The notes beneath the pieces were generated by a model. That model was not told where the DNA came from. It worked only from the letters and a program-made list of their open reading frames with translations, and searched no databases. The position numbers and the translations under genes were made by a program. From Longimicrobiales bacterium (GTDB lineage: Bacteria; Gemmatimonadota; Gemmatimonadetes; Longimicrobiales; Gaopeijiaceae), in contig CAXXKM010000001.1 in the NCBI GenBank assembly GCA_963664435.2, forward strand, positions 480,001 to 544,000: 64,000 bases of DNA, read 5' to 3'. How positions within the stretch are numbered: position 1 is the first letter of the stretch; every line of letters starts with the position of its first letter. Positions 60,134 to 64,000 of this stretch are shown in pieces.

Positions 60134-63100
60134 ATGACCGCCCGCAGGCCTGACCTCTCCGCCGCCGGGGAGCCGATCGCGATCATCGGCATGGCGTGCC
60201 GGTTCCCCGGCGCAAACGACATAGAGGCGTTCTGGCGCCTGCTGGAGACCGGGAAGAACGCGGTTGCCGAAGGGGTTCCGGGTTCCGGCGTGGGACGCTG
60301 GGGACAGCTCTTCGGGGACAAGCCCGTCCAGAGCGAAGGCTGCCGTTTCGGCGCATTCGTCGACGACATCGACCAGTTCGACGACGCGTTCTTCCGCATC
60401 TCGCCGGTGGAAGCCGAGCTGCTGGACCCGCAGCAGCGCATGATGCTGGAAGTCAGCTGGCGGGCTCTCGAGGATGCGGGTATGGACCCGGACCGGCTTA
60501 TGGAGAGCCGAACCGGTGTCTACACCGGGATCAGCAACGACGAGTACCGGATGCTGGTCGTGGAATCGGCCAAGCCTGCCGAGGCCGCGGCGTGCCTTTA
60601 CGCTCTCAGCGGCACCAACCTGAACGGCACCGCCGGGCGAGTCTCCTTCGTGCTCGGTCTCAGGGGGCCGGCGAAGGCGGTCGACGCTGCTTGCGCATCG
60701 GCGATGGTGGCGATCAACGACGCGGTGGCGGACCTGCAGCAGGGAAAGGCCAACCTGGCCATCGCGGGCGGCGTGCAGGCCATCCTCAACGGGCGCATCT
60801 ACGAACTGCGCGCGGACGCGATGATGCTCTCGCCCGACGGGAAGTGCAAGACCTTCGATGCTTCGGCGAACGGATACGTGCGCGCCGAGGGCTGCGGCGT
60901 GGTAGTGCTGAAACGCCTGAGCGACGCACAGGCAGACGGCGACCGCATCTGGGCCGTGATCCGGAGTTCGGTCGTGAACCACGGGGGGACCGGTGTCGGG
61001 CTGACGGTGCCGAACACTCCGGCGCTGGAGCAGGTGATGGAGGACGCGCTGTCCCAGGCGGGGCTCGACCCGCTGGAGGTGGACTACGTCGAGGCGCACG
61101 GGACCGGGACGGCGGTGGGCGACCCGATCGAGCTGAACGCCGTGGCCAGCGTCTACGGCAGAGGACGCGATGCGGAGAGCCCGCTTCTGATCGGATCCGT
61201 GAAGACCAACGTGGGCCATCTGGAGTCGGCGGCAGGAGTCGTCGGGCTCATCAAGTCGGCGCTGGTGGTCAAGCGGGGCCGCATCCCGAAGCACCTGCAC
61301 TTCCGCGATCCCAACCCGGCGTTCGACTGGGATCGGGCGCCGTTGCGGGTGACTTCGGACATGATGGACTGGCCGGATCGTCCCGGCCGCCCGCGCGTGG
61401 CCGGGGTGAACTGCTTCGGCATATCCGGGACGAACGCCCACCTTGTAGTGGAAGAGTATTGGGGCCCCGAGGCGACCCGTGAAGCGAGCCCTCTGCCGCT
61501 GGGATCCCCGCAACCCATCCCGGTTGCGCTTCCCGCCGCGGTAGCGCATCTGCCGCCACCCGAGCCTGACATCCGCGCGCGTCGAACCCGCGTGCTACCT
61601 TTGTCCGCCAAGTCCGAACAGGCGCTGCGGGAATCGGCAGGGCGGTATCTGGCGTGGCTCGAAGACCGCGCCGGCGAACTATCCGGGGGAGCCGCCGCGG
61701 CGGAGCTGCTCGCCGACCTGGCGTGGACGGCGGGCGTGGGGCGGAGTCACTTCGATCAGCGCGCGGGGATCGTCTTCGAGGACGTCGGGCCGCTGCGCCG
61801 TCAGCTGGAGGCGCTCGCCGAGTCGGGGGACGTACCAGGGCCCGGCACTGCCGCCAGGGTCGCGTTCGCCTACACCGGGCAGGGGAGCCAGTGGGTCGGG
61901 ATGGGCAGGGAGCTGTACGAGACGGAGCCCGTGGTGCGCGCGGTGATGGACCGCTGCGAGGCGGTCTTCCGCGACGAGAGAGGCACTTCCCTGCTGGACG
62001 CGATGTTCGGCCGGTCCGGAGATGAGGATCAGCTGCGCGACACCGCATGGGAACAGCCGGCTCTCTACACGCTCGAATGCGCGCTGACTGCGCTCTGGGC
62101 GAGCGTGGGCATCCGGCCCGATGTGGTGCTGGGGCACAGCGTCGGGGAGTTGGCGGCCTCGCAGGCGGCGGGCGTGTTCAGCCTGGAGGACGGAATGCGG
62201 TTCGCCTGCGCGCGCGGCGCGCTGATGGCGAGCATGGAAGACGGCGCCATGGCCGCGGTGTTCGCGCCGGCCGCCCGCGTCGCAGAGGTGGTCGAAGCGC
62301 ATAACGCGGCGTCGGCCGGCGTTGGCGTCAGCATCTCGGGGGACAACGGCACCCACCAGGTGATCAGCGGCCCCGCGGAGGATGTCGAAGCCATCTCGAA
62401 CCGCTTCGAGGCGGAGGCGGTCCGGGTGCGCAGACTCAACACCGCGAAAGCATTCCACAGCGCTCTGGTGGAGCCGGCGCTCGACGTGCTTGAGGCTTCG
62501 CTCGATGCTTCGGCCATCGCGCCGCCCACGCTGACGATGGTCAGCAATCTGACGGGCCGCGCCGTCGAGGCGGGCGAGCTACTCGACGGCAGCTACTGGA
62601 AACGGCACGCGCGGCAGGCGGTGGCGTTTGCCAGCGGCGTCAGAACCCTGGCGGATCTGGGCGTGGACCTGGTGATCGAGATCGGTCCGCGCTCGGTGCT
62701 GGCCCCGATGGCGCTCTCGGCCTGGCCGGCGTCGGCAGAGGCGCCGGCGGTGCTGTCGAGCATCGCGCCACCATCCGATGACGCCGGGGCCGGCGGGTCG
62801 AAGGGCGGCTTCGCGGAGGCCGCGGCAGGCGCCTACCAGGCCGGGCTCCCGATCCGGTTCGAGGGCCTCTTTGCAGGGGAAGCCCGGCGGCGGATCTCGA
62901 TCCCCGGCTACCCCTTCCAGCGGAGGCGCCACTGGCTCGAGGCGCCCAGGCGACGGCGGGCGGACGCCGGGCATCCCCTGCTGGGTGCCCGCCACGAGTT
63001 GGCGCGGGGCGAGGTGACGTTCGAGACGGAAGTGTTCGCCTCGGATCCCGAGTGGCTGGACGACCACCGGGTGTACGGCCGGGTGGTGGCGCCCGGGGCG

Positions 63101-64000
63101 CTGTACGGGGCCATGGCGGTGTCGGCGTCCCTGGCCGAAGGAAGCGCACCGGTGGTCCTGGAGGAGGTGCAGCTGCACAACGCGCTGGTCTTGACGGAGG
63201 AGGGCTCCGCGAACGGCGCGGGCGTGGACGGCCGTGAGATGCAGTTCGTGCTGGACGCCCCGGAGGCGCCCGCGGCGCATCCCTTCCAGATCTTCAGCAA
63301 GGGGAGCGACGGGGAATGGACTGTGCATGTCGAAGGCCGCACGTCACCGGGCTCCAGCGTGCCGGAAGCCGAGGGGAACATCGATCTGGACGCTCTCAGG
63401 GCCCGGTTGTCGCCGGTGGACGTGTCGGCATATTACCGCGCCCGCGCGGGCACCGGGGTCGATCTCGGTCCGGCCTTCCGCACGTTGCAGCGCGCCTGGT
63501 CCGGGCCCGGGGAGGCGTTGGGCGAAGTGTCGTTCCCGGAAGGTCTCGGCCGCAACCAGCTGGAGGTTCATCCGCTGGTCCTGGACGGTTGCTTTCAGGT
63601 CGTGGGCGCGGCGCGCGACCTGGAGGGGCCGCACGGATCCGTGACCTACCTCCCCTTCGGCTGGGAACGGCTGTGGCTTACGGCCGGACGGCTGCCCGAC
63701 CGCGTGGTCTGTCACGTGCTCATGAACGAGGCATCCCGCATCGCGGCGGAGAGCGACGGCGAGGCGCCCGAGGTCCTTTCCGGCGAGCTGCGCATCTACG
63801 ACCCGCAAGGCGCGCTGCTCGGCGGGTTGAGCGGCTACACCGTGAAACGCGCGACCCGGGCGGCGCTGCTCTCGGCCGTGGAGGGTGTGAAGGATCTGCT
63901 CTACGAGGTCGTCTGGAGGGAGCGCGCCCTCCCTCCCGGCCTGCCGTCCGCGGACTTCTTCCCCGCCCCGGCGTCCGTCAAGGCGGGCGCGCGGATGTTC
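60134..64000 (+). CDS. Type I polyketide synthase (KS-AT-DH..., SupA-like), runs off window
   Basis: EPIAIIGMACRFPG, DAACAS, EAHGTGT, GHLESAAG; AT GQGSQW, GHSVG, KAFHS; DH HRVYGRVVAPG. These motifs all fall in one frame. Confidence 0.93.
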   Translation, partial: MTARRPDLSAAGEPIAIIGMACRFPGANDIEAFWRLLETGKNAVAEGVPGSGVGRWGQLFGDKPVQSEGCRFGAFVDDIDQFDDAFFRISPVEAELLDPQQRMMLEVSWRALEDAGMDPDRLMESRTGVYTGISNDEYRMLVVESAKPAEAAACLYALSGTNLNGTAGRVSFVLGLRGPAKAVDAACASAMVAINDAVADLQQGKANLAIAGGVQAILNGRIYELRADAMMLSPDGKCKTFDASANGYVRAEGCGVVVLKRLSDAQADGDRIWAVIRSSVVNHGGTGVGLTVPNTPALEQVMEDALSQAGLDPLEVDYVEAHGTGTAVGDPIELNAVASVYGRGRDAESPLLIGSVKTNVGHLESAAGVVGLIKSALVVKRGRIPKHLHFRDPNPAFDWDRAPLRVTSDMMDWPDRPGRPRVAGVNCFGISGTNAHLVVEEYWGPEATREASPLPLGSPQPIPVALPAAVAHLPPPEPDIRARRTRVLPLSAKSEQALRESAGRYLAWLEDRAGELSGGAAAAELLADLAWTAGVGRSHFDQRAGIVFEDVGPLRRQLEALAESGDVPGPGTAARVAFAYTGQGSQWVGMGRELYETEPVVRAVMDRCEAVFRDERGTSLLDAMFGRSGDEDQLRDTAWEQPALYTLECALTALWASVGIRPDVVLGHSVGELAASQAAGVFSLEDGMRFACARGALMASMEDGAMAAVFAPAARVAEVVEAHNAASAGVGVSISGDNGTHQVISGPAEDVEAISNRFEAEAVRVRRLNTAKAFHSALVEPALDVLEASLDASAIAPPTLTMVSNLTGRAVEAGELLDGSYWKRHARQAVAFASGVRTLADLGVDLVIEIGPRSVLAPMALSAWPASAEAPAVLSSIAPPSDDAGAGGSKGGFAEAAAGAYQAGLPIRFEGLFAGEARRRISIPGYPFQRRRHWLEAPRRRRADAGHPLLGARHELARGEVTFETEVFASDPEWLDDHRVYGRVVAPGALYGAMAVSASLAEGSAPVVLEEVQLHNALVLTEEGSANGAGVDGREMQFVLDAPEAPAAHPFQIFSKGSDGEWTVHVEGRTSPGSSVPEAEGNIDLDALRARLSPVDVSAYYRARAGTGVDLGPAFRTLQRAWSGPGEALGEVSFPEGLGRNQLEVHPLVLDGCFQVVGAARDLEGPHGSVTYLPFGWERLWLTAGRLPDRVVCHVLMNEASRIAAESDGEAPEVLSGELRIYDPQGALLGGLSGYTVKRATRAALLSAVEGVKDLLYEVVWRERALPPGLPSADFFPAPASVKAGARMF

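Overview
High-GC bacterial chromosome segment. It is probably a diderm, marine, possibly sponge-associated Gemmatimonadota-like organism; this is inference from the LPS heptose genes, outer-membrane barrels, beta-propeller lipoproteins and a SupA-like PKS. In order, it carries: a STAS protein, a Tat-exported molybdopterin enzyme and an AlgE-type porin; a ~6 kb decaying defence island (ABC-type ATPase, DUF4276/TOPRIM, a frameshifted GmrSD-Schlafen/AlbA fusion, ApeA-like HEPN, IS256 remnant) bracketed by intact hemY and a collapsed second copy of hemH'/hemY; a coproporphyrin-dependent heme operon (chdC-hemD-hemL-hemE-hemH-hemY); a four-gene cluster of a GcvT-family protein, two FAD oxidoreductases and a DmdA-like protein; many secreted hydrolases and beta-propellers; a regulator plus modABC; a trypsin-TM-FHA plus FHA pair; divergent ilvB/ilvN; peptidases; a ~0.8 kb tRNA-Ala-integrated islet carrying only BrnT/BrnA; gmhB-hldA; amino-acid catabolic genes; a structured small-ORF transcription unit; and the 5' part of a type I PKS (KS-AT-DH). 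The best candidates for an undescribed system are the four-gene defence cassette, the GcvT/FAD demethylation cluster, the minimal TA islet and the small-RNA/peptide unit. All family calls come from reading motifs by eye; no database search was run.
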